A stretch of DNA of 64,000 nucleotides, from the NCBI GenBank assembly GCA_029562975.1, contig JAKQTR010000051.1:330-64329 (forward strand), in the 5' to 3' direction. The notes under the pieces are model-generated. The model did not search any database. It had not been told where the DNA came from and saw only the letters and a list, made by a program, of their open reading frames with translations. Positions 44,183 through 54,194 of this stretch are shown here, piece by piece; position 1 is the stretch's first letter; each line of letters begins with the position of its first letter. A program made the translations under genes and the position numbers. The stretch comes from Acidobacteriota bacterium (GTDB lineage: Bacteria; Acidobacteriota; Vicinamibacteria; Vicinamibacterales; JAKQTR01).

Positions 44183-45691
44183 TCAGGCGCGCGAGCGGGT
44201 GCGGAGGAGGTGCAGCAGCCGCGCCGCGAGCGGCAGGAGCGGCAGCACGCCCAGGTTGACGATGTACATCCAGGCGCGGCGGCGTTCGGTCAGCGCGACC
44301 CGCCGGTTCTGGCGCTCCTCGACGCTGACGATTCGCGCCTCGTCCACGCCCGCGAGCCACGACACGATCCGGACCGCCAGTTCGCGGTTGGCCGACCAGC
44401 CGATCAGCCCGTTCGCCAGGAAGTCCGAGTCGCCGGTCACGACCAGGCGCGGCTCGGGCAGCGCGGCGTCGCGCGCGCCTCGGCCGATGCTCGTCGCCAC
44501 GGCCAGCGCGAACGGCCCTCGCCGGTCGCGGCCGGCCTGGAACAAGGTGGACTGGCTCTCGAGATCGGCGCGCTCGAACGCGCTGTCGGCCGTCGAGACG
44601 AGCGCAATGGGCCGCCCGATCTCCGTCGGCGCCACGGCCAGCGGCGCCGCGCGGCCGAAGATCGCCCGCTGGTCGAGGCCGCGCGTGACGGGATGGTCGT
44701 GATAGGCGAACGACACCGGGTTCTCCGGCCCGGCGCCGACCGCGCGCCCGGCTCCGCTCGTCTCGATGATGACGCCCTGTCCGGCGACGATCCCGAGCCG
44801 CTGCAGGAACCCGGCCACGCCGGGATCAACGGGCGGATCCAGCGCCAGGAGCACGCGCCCTCCCCTTGCCAGATGCGCGCTCACCCGCTCGAGCGCGCCG
44901 GCCGGGAATGCTCGCGGCACGCCCGGGACCACGAGGGCCGCACACCCCTGCGCAGCGTCGCCTTCCAGCAGGCTGACGCGCCTGGGCGCGAAGTTCGATG
45001 CGGCGAGCACCGACGCCAGCGTCGACAGGCCCTGCGGCCCGGTGTCCTCCAGGCCGTGCTCACCGTCTCCGCTCGCGAAGCACACGGCCGGCTCGGCCGG
45101 GCTGGTCACCTGCAGGATGGCCGTCGCCAGCGCCGGCTCGGTCACGCGCTCGACCTTCCTGGAGCGCCGCGGCGACGACACGACGACCGTCCCGGCCCTG
45201 GTGACGCCGTGCTCCCGCGCGGCCTGCGGCGACGCGTCGAGATCGGCGAACCGGACGGCCAGCCGCGGGCTTCTCGACGCAAACGACTCGAGGAGCCGCC
45301 CAGCGCCGGGGTCTCGCGTGCGGCCCCACTGCGTGAAGACGACGTCCTCGCCGAGGTCCTCGAGGATGCGGACCGTCTCCGCCGCCAGCGTATGGCGTCC
45401 GGCCTCGGTCCAGTCGAAGGCCGGCGCGCGCCTTGCCACGATCACGTTGACGAGGACGAGCACCGCGGCCAGCAGCAGCGTGGACAGCGCCGCGTTCAGC
45501 GCGAACACGCCGCGCGGGTCGCCGAGCCACTCGCGCACGTCGCGCCACGACGCGGCCACGCCGACGGCGAGGGCGGCGGCGCCGCCCGCCGCCAACACCG
45601 CTGCGGGCGTGGTCCAGCGCAGCGCGAGCGCGGCCGACACCACGCCGGCCGCCACCATCAGCGCGCCGGGCAGGAAGGCGAGCTTCCTCAC
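44183..45691 (-). CDS. GldG-like ABC-transporter auxiliary protein
   Basis: N- and C-terminal TM anchors flank a large periplasmic domain. It follows ABC-2 permease and ATPase genes with a GTGA overlap (GTG 45691). Confidence 0.6.
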   Translation of the reverse strand: MRKLAFLPGALMVAAGVVSAALALRWTTPAAVLAAGGAAALAVGVAASWRDVREWLGDPRGVFALNAALSTLLLAAVLVLVNVIVARRAPAFDWTEAGRHTLAAETVRILEDLGEDVVFTQWGRTRDPGAGRLLESFASRSPRLAVRFADLDASPQAAREHGVTRAGTVVVSSPRRSRKVERVTEPALATAILQVTSPAEPAVCFASGDGEHGLEDTGPQGLSTLASVLAASNFAPRRVSLLEGDAAQGCAALVVPGVPRAFPAGALERVSAHLARGGRVLLALDPPVDPGVAGFLQRLGIVAGQGVIIETSGAGRAVGAGPENPVSFAYHDHPVTRGLDQRAIFGRAAPLAVAPTEIGRPIALVSTADSAFERADLESQSTLFQAGRDRRGPFALAVATSIGRGARDAALPEPRLVVTGDSDFLANGLIGWSANRELAVRIVSWLAGVDEARIVSVEERQNRRVALTERRRAWMYIVNLGVLPLLPLAARLLHLLRTRSRA

Positions 45692-46476
45692 GTCCGCTCG
45701 AACCTCAGGGCCTCGACCGCGCGCTGGGCGAGGAAGAGCGCCATCACGATCCACGACGCGAAGTAGACCAGGTCGGCCACCGACACCACGCCCCGCGTCG
45801 AGTCGATCTGGCGGGCGTAGAACGAGAACGCGCCGAGCATCCGCGCCCACACCGAACCGGACCCGCCGCCGGTCGTGTCGATGAACTGCAGCGTGACGAC
45901 AATCCCGTACGTGCCGATGGCGGACACGAGCACGTGCTCGCAGAGCGACGACACGAACAGGCCCAGGGCGATCTGCGCCCCGCCAACGAGCAGCAGGCCC
46001 ATGAGGCCGCTCGCGATCACGCCGGCCTCCCAGTGGTTGCCGGCTCCCATGAACGCGAACATCGGGACGAGCGGCGCCAGCATCAGCGCCAGCAGGGCGA
46101 TCGCGCCCAGGAACTTGCCCGCGACGATTTCCGACGCCCGCACGGGCGACGTCATCAGCAGCTCGATCGTCCCCTTCCGCCTCTCATCCGTCATCAGCCC
46201 CATCGTCAGCAGCGGGACCGCGAGCATGAGCAGGAACGCCTCGTTCTGGAAGAACTGCGCGAGGACGGTTGTCGGCACGTCGAGCTGGTAGTCCGAGCGG
46301 CCCAGGCGCTGGATCTGGCTGTCGGCCAGCGCGGCCTGGCGGATGTAGTGGACGAGCATGTTCGAGAAGAACAAGCCCGACACGAACGTGAAGACCGCCA
46401 TCACCGCGGCTGCGATCGGCGAGACGAAGTACGACTCGAGTTCCCGACGGGCGATGGCGAGCGCATGCCGCATCAC
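45688..46476 (-). CDS. ABC-2 family transporter permease (GldF-like)
   Basis: Six hydrophobic segments and the ...TDERRKGTIELLMTSPV... motif typical of ABC-2 permeases. Confidence 0.75.
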   Translation of the reverse strand: MMRHALAIARRELESYFVSPIAAAVMAVFTFVSGLFFSNMLVHYIRQAALADSQIQRLGRSDYQLDVPTTVLAQFFQNEAFLLMLAVPLLTMGLMTDERRKGTIELLMTSPVRASEIVAGKFLGAIALLALMLAPLVPMFAFMGAGNHWEAGVIASGLMGLLLVGGAQIALGLFVSSLCEHVLVSAIGTYGIVVTLQFIDTTGGGSGSVWARMLGAFSFYARQIDSTRGVVSVADLVYFASWIVMALFLAQRAVEALRFERT

Positions 46477-47567
46477 GCGCCTCCCCTGCCGCCGGCCGTT
46501 CCGCCCCCGCCGCCGGCCTCGGCGCTGTCGCCGCCTCTCCCGCTACCGCTGCCATCGCCAACGCCTTTGCTCTCGCCGCCGCCCTCGCGCCCGCTTCCGC
46601 CCGTGAGCGCGAGGAAGACGTCTTCGAGCGACAGCGACTCGCCCGCGAGGCCGAGCAGCTTCCAGCCGCGCGACACGACGAGCGCGGCCGCCTCGGCGCG
46701 CAGGTCCGTGCCGCGCCCGCTCTCGACGCGCGCCTCGATCGCGCCGGCGCTGTCGGCGCCAGTGATGATGCTCACGCGAATCGCGCCGGGCAGGGCCGCG
46801 AGCGCGAGCGTCACATCCTCCGGCGTCGGCGCAGGCACGCCCGCGGCCCCGGCGGCCGTTCCCGCGCTCCCCACCACGACGCGCACCGATTCTCGGGCGC
46901 GCAGGCGCTCGCCCAGCCGCTCGGGCGTGTCCTCGGCCATCACGCGGCCGCGGTGCAGGATGACGATGCGGTCGGCGACGCCGGCGACTTCGGGCAGGAT
47001 GTGCGTCGAAAGAACGACCGTGTGCCGGCCCTTGAGCTCCAGGATGAAGTCGCGCACCTCGGCGCGCTGCTTCGGGTCGAGGCTGGAGGTCGGCTCGTCG
47101 AGGACGAGGACCGGCGGCTCGTGGACGATGGCCTGGGCGAGGCCGACGCGCTGGCGGTAGCCCTTCGAGAGCGTCCGGATCGCCGCGTCCGCCGCGTCAT
47201 CCAGCCGCGCGCGGCCGATGGCGCGATCCACCGCCGCCGTCGTGCGCGCGGCCGGCACGTCCTTCAGCGCCGCGACGAACCGCAGGTAGCGGCGCACCGT
47301 CATCTCGGGATGGACGGGCGGCTGCTCCGGCAGGTAGCCGAGCAGGCGTTTCGCGTCGATGGGCCGCTCGAAGACGTCGAAGCCGCCGATGCGGACGCGT
47401 CCGCGCGACGGCGGAACGGAGCCCGTGATCATGCGCAGGGTGGTGGTCTTGCCGGCGCCGTTCGGGCCGAGGAGGCCGAGCACTTCGCCTTCGCGCACGG
47501 AGAACGACAGGCCGTCGACCGCGGTCAGGGGGCCGTAGCGCTTGGTCAGGTGGTCGACGCGGATCAC
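46473..47567 (-). CDS. ABC transporter ATP-binding protein (GldA-like) with a Gly-rich C-terminal tail
   Basis: GPNGAGKTTTLR, LSKGYRQRVGLAQAI, LVLDEPTSSLD. GTG 47567 (VIRVDHLTKRYG) inside artefactual ORF 46473..47810. Confidence 0.8.
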   Translation of the reverse strand: MIRVDHLTKRYGPLTAVDGLSFSVREGEVLGLLGPNGAGKTTTLRMITGSVPPSRGRVRIGGFDVFERPIDAKRLLGYLPEQPPVHPEMTVRRYLRFVAALKDVPAARTTAAVDRAIGRARLDDAADAAIRTLSKGYRQRVGLAQAIVHEPPVLVLDEPTSSLDPKQRAEVRDFILELKGRHTVVLSTHILPEVAGVADRIVILHRGRVMAEDTPERLGERLRARESVRVVVGSAGTAAGAAGVPAPTPEDVTLALAALPGAIRVSIITGADSAGAIEARVESGRGTDLRAEAAALVVSRGWKLLGLAGESLSLEDVFLALTGGSGREGGGESKGVGDGSGSGRGGDSAEAGGGGGTAGGRGGA

Positions 47568-47590
47568 GACACAGGAGTATCGGCGGCACA

Positions 47591-47667
47591 GGGGCAAGGG
47601 ACAAGGGGCAAGGGGCAAGGCACGGACGGGGTTCGGGATGCGGGACTCGGGACTCGGGACTCGGGGG
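47591..47667. repeat. two-module tandem array: GGGGCAAGG/GGGACAAGG units, then GGGACTC x3
   Basis: ggggcaagggacaaggggcaaggggcaagg (47591-47620) and gggactcgggactcgggactcggggg (47642-47667). Confidence 0.85.
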
Positions 47668-47802
47668 ACGCCCGCCCGGGACCGGGTCCGGAGGCGGCGG
47701 GTGTGCTGCCGCGCGGTCCCGCTCGCGCTGGCCGCCGAGGAGCCTCGGCGCCCGGGCGAATGCGCACTCCCCGCGCGGCTCCAACCCGCGTATGATCGCC
47801 GC

Positions 47803-48033
47803 ATGAGCACCGCCGACCAGGAACGAGAAGCCGCGCTGCGGGCCCTGGTGGACGAGTACCGAGATCGCTGCCTGTGGTTCCTCGAGAAGGGTTATTACCC
47901 CGTCACGGTCGCGGAACGCTTGCGGGTGCTGGACAGCCTTCAGCGGCACGGCGACCTCAGCGCCTTCCAGCGGGCGGGAGAACTCAAGCGATGGGTCTCA
48001 GCAGCTATCAGCGAGACGTCTGCCGGCTCATAG
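47803..48033 (+). CDS. small hypothetical protein (76 aa), possible partner/antitoxin of the downstream nucleotidyltransferase
   Basis: ATG 47803 inside ORF 47542..48033. Its 3' end overlaps the next gene by 43 nt. No recognisable motif. Confidence 0.4.
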   Translation: MSTADQEREAALRALVDEYRDRCLWFLEKGYYPVTVAERLRVLDSLQRHGDLSAFQRAGELKRWVSAAISETSAGS

Positions 48034-48800
48034 CGGCGAACCGGCGCCGGAGCGGCGAGAGTTACTTCGCGGGCGGAGCCACGCTCAACGAACTGATCGC
48101 CGCGCCGAGGCTCTCGAGGGACATCGACGTGTTCCACGACACCGAGGAGGCGCTGCAGGCGTCGTGGCACGCGGACCGGCTGGACCTGGAGCGCGCCGGC
48201 TACGCCGTCCGCACCGTCCGCGAGCGGCCCGGCTTCGTGGAAGCCGAGGTGCGCCGTGGACCCGAGACTGTGCTCATGGAATGGGCGCGGGACAGCGCGT
48301 TCCGGTTCTTCCCGCTGGTGGAACACGACGAACTGGGCCTCGTCCTCCATCCCTTCGATCTGGCGACGAGCAAGGTGCTCGCGCTCGTGGGCCGGGTTGA
48401 GCCCCGCGACTTCCTGGACGTCGTGAACTGCGACCGGGAGGTGCAGCCACTCGGGTACCTGGCGTGGGCGGCGTGCGGGAAGGACCCCGGGTTCAGCCCT
48501 GCGGCGATCCTCGAGGAGGCCGCGCGGGCGAGCCGGTACACCGTCGACGACTTCCAGGGACTCGACTTCGAAGGAGGGGCGCCGGATCCAGGCGAACTGA
48601 TGCGCGCGTGGCACGCCCTGCTGGGCGCGGCGCGCTTCGTCGTCAACGTGCTGCCTTCCGAATCCGCAGGCCGCGCCGTCCTCGACCGGGCGGGACGGCT
48701 GTTCCGTGGCGACGTCGATGCACTCGAGGCGGCTGTTGCCTCCGGTGAGTTGCGCTATCACTCCGGAAGCATCCGCGGAGCGCTCCCCCGGATCGTGTAG
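47991..48800 (+). CDS. nucleotidyltransferase, AbiEii/AbiGii (DUF1814)-like
   Basis: FAGGATLNELIAAPRLSRDIDVFHD matches the minimal NTase hG[GS]-x9-13-Dh[DE]h signature of AbiEii-type toxins. Length is about 270 aa. Start ATG 47991 inside ORF 47874..48800. Confidence 0.55.
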   Translation: MGLSSYQRDVCRLIAANRRRSGESYFAGGATLNELIAAPRLSRDIDVFHDTEEALQASWHADRLDLERAGYAVRTVRERPGFVEAEVRRGPETVLMEWARDSAFRFFPLVEHDELGLVLHPFDLATSKVLALVGRVEPRDFLDVVNCDREVQPLGYLAWAACGKDPGFSPAAILEEAARASRYTVDDFQGLDFEGGAPDPGELMRAWHALLGAARFVVNVLPSESAGRAVLDRAGRLFRGDVDALEAAVASGELRYHSGSIRGALPRIV

Positions 48801-48840
48801 GCGCGCGCCCCGCCGCGCGCGGTCCGGCCCGCGCGACGCC

Positions 48841-48893
48841 GGGACCGACTCGCGCCGAGCGCCCAGCCCTTTGTCCCTCGCCAGCCCCTTTGC
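48841..48893. repeat. degenerate inverted copy of the 47591-47667 array (CCGACTCG..., CCCTTTGTCCC...CCCCTTTGC)
   Basis: The reverse complement reads GCAAAGGGGCTGGCGAGGGACAAAGGG...CGAGTCGG, with the same module order as upstream. Confidence 0.6.
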
Positions 48894-48939
48894 GGGGGTG
48901 CTGCCGCGAGGGCCGCCCGTCCGGGCCGGGGGCTCCGCC

Positions 48940-49464
48940 CTACGCGTCGATGATCGGGCCGGCCGGACCTTCGGTGAAGGGCGGCGGCGCCGGGGCGACC
49001 TTCTTCTTGAAGAAGAACGCGCCGAGCAGGCCGCCGAGGCTCGAGAAGATCGCCCCGAGCACGAGCAGCATGACGAACGACAGGAGCAGCCGAACGATCG
49101 ACAGGCCCTGCGCGCCGAAGTTGTCGAGGGCCTCCTGGACTTCCGGCGGCAGGCCCTGCTGCGACTCGGCGATGCGCTGCACGAGCTGCTGCTGGAACGG
49201 CCCGAGCAGCTGCGTCATCGGCACCGACACGACGACGCTCACGACGGCGCCGAAGATCCCGGCGAGGAGGCCGACCAGCGCCCCGTCGCCCAGCGTGATG
49301 GGGTCGGCGGTCCACGTCTGCAGCAGGTAGGCGGCCACGATGCCGCCGGCGACGAGCCAGGCGCAACAGCAGCAGTTGCCGAGGCTCACGCCGGGCAGCC
49401 CCGACAGCACGCCCATCACCAGGCCGCCGGCGAGCGCCGGCTTCAGCATCGCCTTCGAGTTCAT
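48940..49464 (-). CDS. hypothetical integral membrane protein (about 4 TM segments, CCCC motif)
   Basis: Hydrophobic segments throughout, GNCCCCAWLVAGG in TM2, and a Lys/Pro-rich C-terminus. Confidence 0.55.
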   Translation of the reverse strand: MNSKAMLKPALAGGLVMGVLSGLPGVSLGNCCCCAWLVAGGIVAAYLLQTWTADPITLGDGALVGLLAGIFGAVVSVVVSVPMTQLLGPFQQQLVQRIAESQQGLPPEVQEALDNFGAQGLSIVRLLLSFVMLLVLGAIFSSLGGLLGAFFFKKKVAPAPPPFTEGPAGPIIDA

Positions 49465-49506
49465 GGATGCCCCCCCACGCCTTCGCTACACGGCCTGCCG
49501 GGACTA

Positions 49507-49536
49507 GCGCCTGGCGCCTGGTCCCTTGTCCCCCCC
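49507..49536. repeat. GCGCCTGGCGCCTGGTCCC(TTGTCCCCCC) array, 3' flank of ino1
   Basis: Bases 49507-49525 are the exact reverse complement of 50911-50929. Confidence 0.9.
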
Positions 49537-49572
49537 TGGGATCGCCGTAGCTCGCATGGCGAGCGAAGGCGT

Positions 49573-50886
<1,314 letters not shown>

Positions 50887-50910
50887 GGGAACGCACTATA
50901 TCAGGGGTTT

Positions 50911-50929
50911 GGGACCAGGCGCCAGGCGC
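50911..50929. repeat. GGGACCAGGCGCCAGGCGC, 5' flank of ino1 (inverted partner of 49507-49525)
   Basis: A perfect 19-nt inverted match read directly from the sequence. Confidence 0.9.
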
Positions 50930-51000
50930 CGGCCAGCTCGAATGTCGCGCTGCGGGCTCCAACGACGCGGCGGCAGCCGCGTCCCACTGGCTCCCAGCGC

Positions 51001-51591
51001 CTAGCCCCCGGCCCCTGCGTCGTCCGATGGCCGGAAGCCCTCCACGAAGGTGAGCCCCTCGCGCTCGGCCAGGAGCCGCACCGGCCGGAAGCCTGCGGCC
51101 TCCATCGCCTCCCGCAGCGCCGCTGCCTCGCCGCTCGGCTCCCTCCGCTCGGCGATGAACCCCAGGCGCAGCGCCAAGCCGGCGGGCCAGCTTCGCACGG
51201 CGATCACCCGGCCTCCCGGGCGGACGACGCGCCGCATGTCGTTCAGCCGATCGAGCCGGTCGCCTTCGCCCGCGCGCAGCAGCGCGTTGCCGTCGAGCAC
51301 GCCCACATCGAAGCTGGCGTCTTCGTACGGCCACCGCCCGTGGGCCGCCACGCTCACCTCGACGAGCACGCCTTCCCTGGCCGCCGCGGCCTCGAGCCGG
51401 GCGCCGGCCTCGGCCGCGTCCACGACGGCGCACGCGCGCCCGGTCAGGCCGGCCTTGCCGGCCAGCGCCGCGAACACCCGCGGGTTGGCGACGCCGGCCT
51501 GGATGAGGCGCTCGCCGAGCCGCACGCCGGCCATGTCCACGGCCAGCTCGACCGGCCCGCGCGCGCGGCGGAATCTCAAGATGCCTGCCAT
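51001..51591 (-). CDS. class I methyltransferase-fold protein with a degenerate SAM motif
   Basis: ...DASFDVGVLDGNALL.......L.DMRRVVRPGGRVIAV resembles the post-II/III MTase motifs, but the GxGxG motif I is not evident. Start ATG 51591 inside ORF 51001..51678. Confidence 0.4.
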   Translation of the reverse strand: MAGILRFRRARGPVELAVDMAGVRLGERLIQAGVANPRVFAALAGKAGLTGRACAVVDAAEAGARLEAAAAREGVLVEVSVAAHGRWPYEDASFDVGVLDGNALLRAGEGDRLDRLNDMRRVVRPGGRVIAVRSWPAGLALRLGFIAERREPSGEAAALREAMEAAGFRPVRLLAEREGLTFVEGFRPSDDAGAGG

Positions 51592-51822
51592 AGTCGGCCT
51601 CACACACTGCGCGTCGAGCGGGGCGTCCGGACGCGCCCCCGCGCGGCTCCGCTCGCGCGGGCCGGCGCGTTCGTCCACGGCTGATTATGGCCCGATCCCG
51701 GCCGGCCGGCGCGAGAATCCGGCGCGCCGCCGCGGCGGCGGGTGCCGGCTCCAGCCTTCTGGCCCGTGCCTTCCGCCGTCCGCCTCCCGCCGTCCGCCTT
51801 GCGCATTTGATACGATGCCCCC

Positions 51823-52566
51823 GTGCCCGTACTCGTCATCGCCATCGGCCTGGCCGTTGTCGGCAGCATCGGCGGGCTGCTCGTTGCCGCGACGCTGCTG
51901 CTCTTCAAAGACCGCGTGCGCGTCCGGCTCGTGCCCTGGCTCGTCAGCTTCGCGGTCGGCGCCCTGCTGGCCGTCGCGCTCCTCGACCTGCTCCCGGAGG
52001 CCCTCGAGGCGCTCTCGCCGGCGGCCGCCTTCGGCACGCTGCTCGCCGCGATCCTGGCGTTCTTCGCGCTCGAGAAGTTCCTGCTCTGGCGGCACTGCCA
52101 CGCCGATCACTGCGAGATCCACCACGCGGCCGCGCCGCTCATCCTCATCGGCGACGCTTTCCACAACTTCGTCGACGGCGCCGTCATCGCGGCGGCCGTC
52201 CACGTGTCGGTGCCGCTGGGCGTGACGACGGCAGTGGCCGTCGCCGCGCACGAAATCCCCCAGGAGGTGGGCGACTTCGCCATCCTCCTGGGCGCGGGCT
52301 ACAGCCGCGTCAAAGCGCTGTGGCTGAACGTGCTGTCGGGGCTCTCGGCCGTGCTGGGCGTGCTCGTCGCCGGCCTGGCCATCGACCGGGCGCCGGCGGT
52401 GCTGCCGTACTTCCTCCCGGTGGCCGCGGCGAGCTTCCTCTACGTGGCCATGTCGGACCTGATTCCGAGCCTGCACCGGGGACCGTTCGTGAAAGGCGCG
52501 TTTCGGCAGGTGCTGGCCGTCGTGGCGGGCATTCTCGCGATCGTGGCCTTCGCGGCGCACGACTGA
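51823..52566 (+). CDS. ZIP-family divalent metal (zinc) transporter
   Basis: About 8 TM segments, a His-rich loop HCHADHCEIHH, and HNFVDG / HEIPQEVGDF signature motifs. Confidence 0.8.
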   Translation: MPVLVIAIGLAVVGSIGGLLVAATLLLFKDRVRVRLVPWLVSFAVGALLAVALLDLLPEALEALSPAAAFGTLLAAILAFFALEKFLLWRHCHADHCEIHHAAAPLILIGDAFHNFVDGAVIAAAVHVSVPLGVTTAVAVAAHEIPQEVGDFAILLGAGYSRVKALWLNVLSGLSAVLGVLVAGLAIDRAPAVLPYFLPVAAASFLYVAMSDLIPSLHRGPFVKGAFRQVLAVVAGILAIVAFAAHD

Positions 52567-52692
52567 CGCGGCCCGGTCGCTGCGGCGCGTCCGCGCCGTC
52601 CTCTCCGGCGGTCGCAGGAACCGGCGGACTCGCAAGTTCCCGCGAGTTCTCGCGGATCGGCGGATGGCACGAAGCTTGATCGCTGGAGGAGT

Positions 52693-53268
52693 ATGACAAC
52701 GCTCGTTCGGCGGCCGATCGTTCGCGGCGTCCTGCTCCTGTGCCTCGGGACCCTCTCGCCGGCCTCCGCCGGGCCGCAAGAGGGATGGCGGGACGGCCAG
52801 ATCTTCGATCGCGTGGCGGAAGCCGTGCTGACCTACCCCCAGTACACGATCTTCGACGATGTGAGCGCCGACGTGGCCAACGGGTTCGTGACGCTCGCGG
52901 GCAAGGTGACGATTGAGTACAAGCGGAAGGACCTGGCCCGGCGCGTGGCGCAGGTGCCCGGCGTCAAGGAAGTCGAGAACGCGATCACCGTGCTGCCGGC
53001 CTCCGCCTTCGACGACGACGTGCGCTACGCGGTGGCGCGCGCCATCTACGGCCACGCCTCGTTCTGGCACTACGCCTCGATGACCAACCCTCCGATCCAT
53101 GTCATCGTCGAGCGCGGCCGCCTCACGCTGACAGGCGTGGTGGCGAACGAGGTGGAGCGCAGCCTGGCGCGATCGATTGCCGCCTCGTCGAACGCCTTCT
53201 CGGTGAGCATCGAGCTGAAGACCGACGACGAGATGAAGGCGATCCTGCTCCGCCGCCGCCAGCGCTGA
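52693..53268 (+). CDS. BON-domain periplasmic protein (two BON repeats, OsmY-like)
   Basis: A signal peptide plus ...VANGFVTLAGKV......A.R.A..VPGVKEV.N.I.V and ...VERGRLTLTGVV...... Confidence 0.7.
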   Translation: MTTLVRRPIVRGVLLLCLGTLSPASAGPQEGWRDGQIFDRVAEAVLTYPQYTIFDDVSADVANGFVTLAGKVTIEYKRKDLARRVAQVPGVKEVENAITVLPASAFDDDVRYAVARAIYGHASFWHYASMTNPPIHVIVERGRLTLTGVVANEVERSLARSIAASSNAFSVSIELKTDDEMKAILLRRRQR

Positions 53269-53400
53269 CGCGCGGCCCGGCCCTCCGCGCGCGGGCGGGC
53301 ATGTAACGCGCGGCCCGCGCCGCCTGTCCAATCCCGTGAACGAGACAGAAGCGCCGGCCCGCTCCCGCGCCGGCCGGCGCCGCAAGCACCGGAGGTTGCC

Positions 53401-53898
53401 ATGTCGCGTGGATGCACCAGATTGCCGCTGGCCGTCGCGGCTGCCGCTCTGTTGGCGGGGCCCGCCGCTGCGGCGCAAAAGCCGGCCGCCGCGCCGTGGA
53501 GGCAGCTGACGCTGACCGAGGCGCAGCGGACGCAGCTGAAAGGAATTCAGGATCAGCACGCCAAGGACGCGCAGGCCGTGCGCGAGCGCCTCAGGGCCGC
53601 GCGCCGGCAGCTCGCCGACGCGATGCGCCCCGACATCCCGGACGAAGCGGCCGTGAAGGCCGCGGCCCAGGCGGTTGCGGCGGCGCAGACGGAGCAGAGC
53701 GTGCTGCAGGCGCGGCTGAAGGCGCAGCGCATGAAGGTGCTCACGCCCGAGCAGCTGCAGCAGTTGACCGACGCGCGGGCCAGGGCGGCGGAGCGGCAGG
53801 CGCGCGCCTCGGAGCGCCGCGCGCGCGCGGCCGACCGGCAGGATCGGGCCCTCGGGCGCCGGGCCCGGCCGGCGGCCCCCTGGCGCGGCCGGCGCTGA
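53401..53898 (+). CDS. Spy/CpxP-family periplasmic protein (LTxxQ motifs)
   Basis: A signal peptide, LTLTEAQRTQL and LTPEQLQQL motifs, and an Arg/Ala-rich helical tail. Confidence 0.6.
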   Translation: MSRGCTRLPLAVAAAALLAGPAAAAQKPAAAPWRQLTLTEAQRTQLKGIQDQHAKDAQAVRERLRAARRQLADAMRPDIPDEAAVKAAAQAVAAAQTEQSVLQARLKAQRMKVLTPEQLQQLTDARARAAERQARASERRARAADRQDRALGRRARPAAPWRGRR

Positions 53899-54038
53899 AC
53901 GGCGCGTGCTGAGGCTCGCCGCGCCGCCGGCGGCACGCGGGGACGGCCCCAGCCGCCAGTCACCCGGGCACGCGCCGCCTTCAGCCCGCCGGGACCGCCT
54001 CCCGCAGACCCTCGAACCAGGCCGCTCGGCGGCAGCTC

Positions 54039-54127
54039 GCAAAACGCATCGGAGGGGCCGATGTCCTCGTGGGGTGCCGAAGGGGGGCCCCGCGTTCCGC
54101 CGACCGAACCCCGGAGATGCGTTTTGC
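54039..54127. repeat. 12-bp perfect inverted repeat GCAAAACGCATC / GATGCGTTTTGC separated by 65 nt
   Basis: Arms at 54039-54050 and 54116-54127 in the 296-nt spacer between convergent genes. Confidence 0.7.
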
Positions 54128-54194
54128 CGGCCTGCGTGAGCGGGTCTGCGGGGGGCGGCCCCGGCGGGCGTACTGCCGCCGGCCCGGGCCGCGC

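Noticed and set aside
40003-44259. A 1418-aa plus-strand ORF. Similar giant ORFs occur at 54069..59441 (+, upstream part), 59554..62850 (-), 51685..54921 (-), 48706..51684 (+) and 27772..31545 (-, upstream part).
   Set aside because: Their translations are Arg/Ala/Gly/Pro low-complexity with no motifs. They run antisense to, or out of frame with, genes that have clear family signatures. This is the typical stop-codon paucity of very GC-rich DNA. Only the recognisable 3' portions (pcnB, gspF) were kept, with re-picked starts.
50895-50903. An extended -10-like TGATATAGT (minus strand) upstream of ino1.
   Set aside because: It would place the transcription start about 2 nt from the GTG start, giving a leaderless GTG-initiated mRNA. 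No -35 element is present. It is too weak to call without 5'-end data.
52665-52679. TGGCAC-GAAGC-TTGA upstream of the BON-domain gene, as a possible sigma-54 promoter.
   Set aside because: The -24 element is perfect, but the invariant -12 GC is GA. The implied start site would fall about 2 nt before the ATG, removing the GGAGGA ribosome-binding site.
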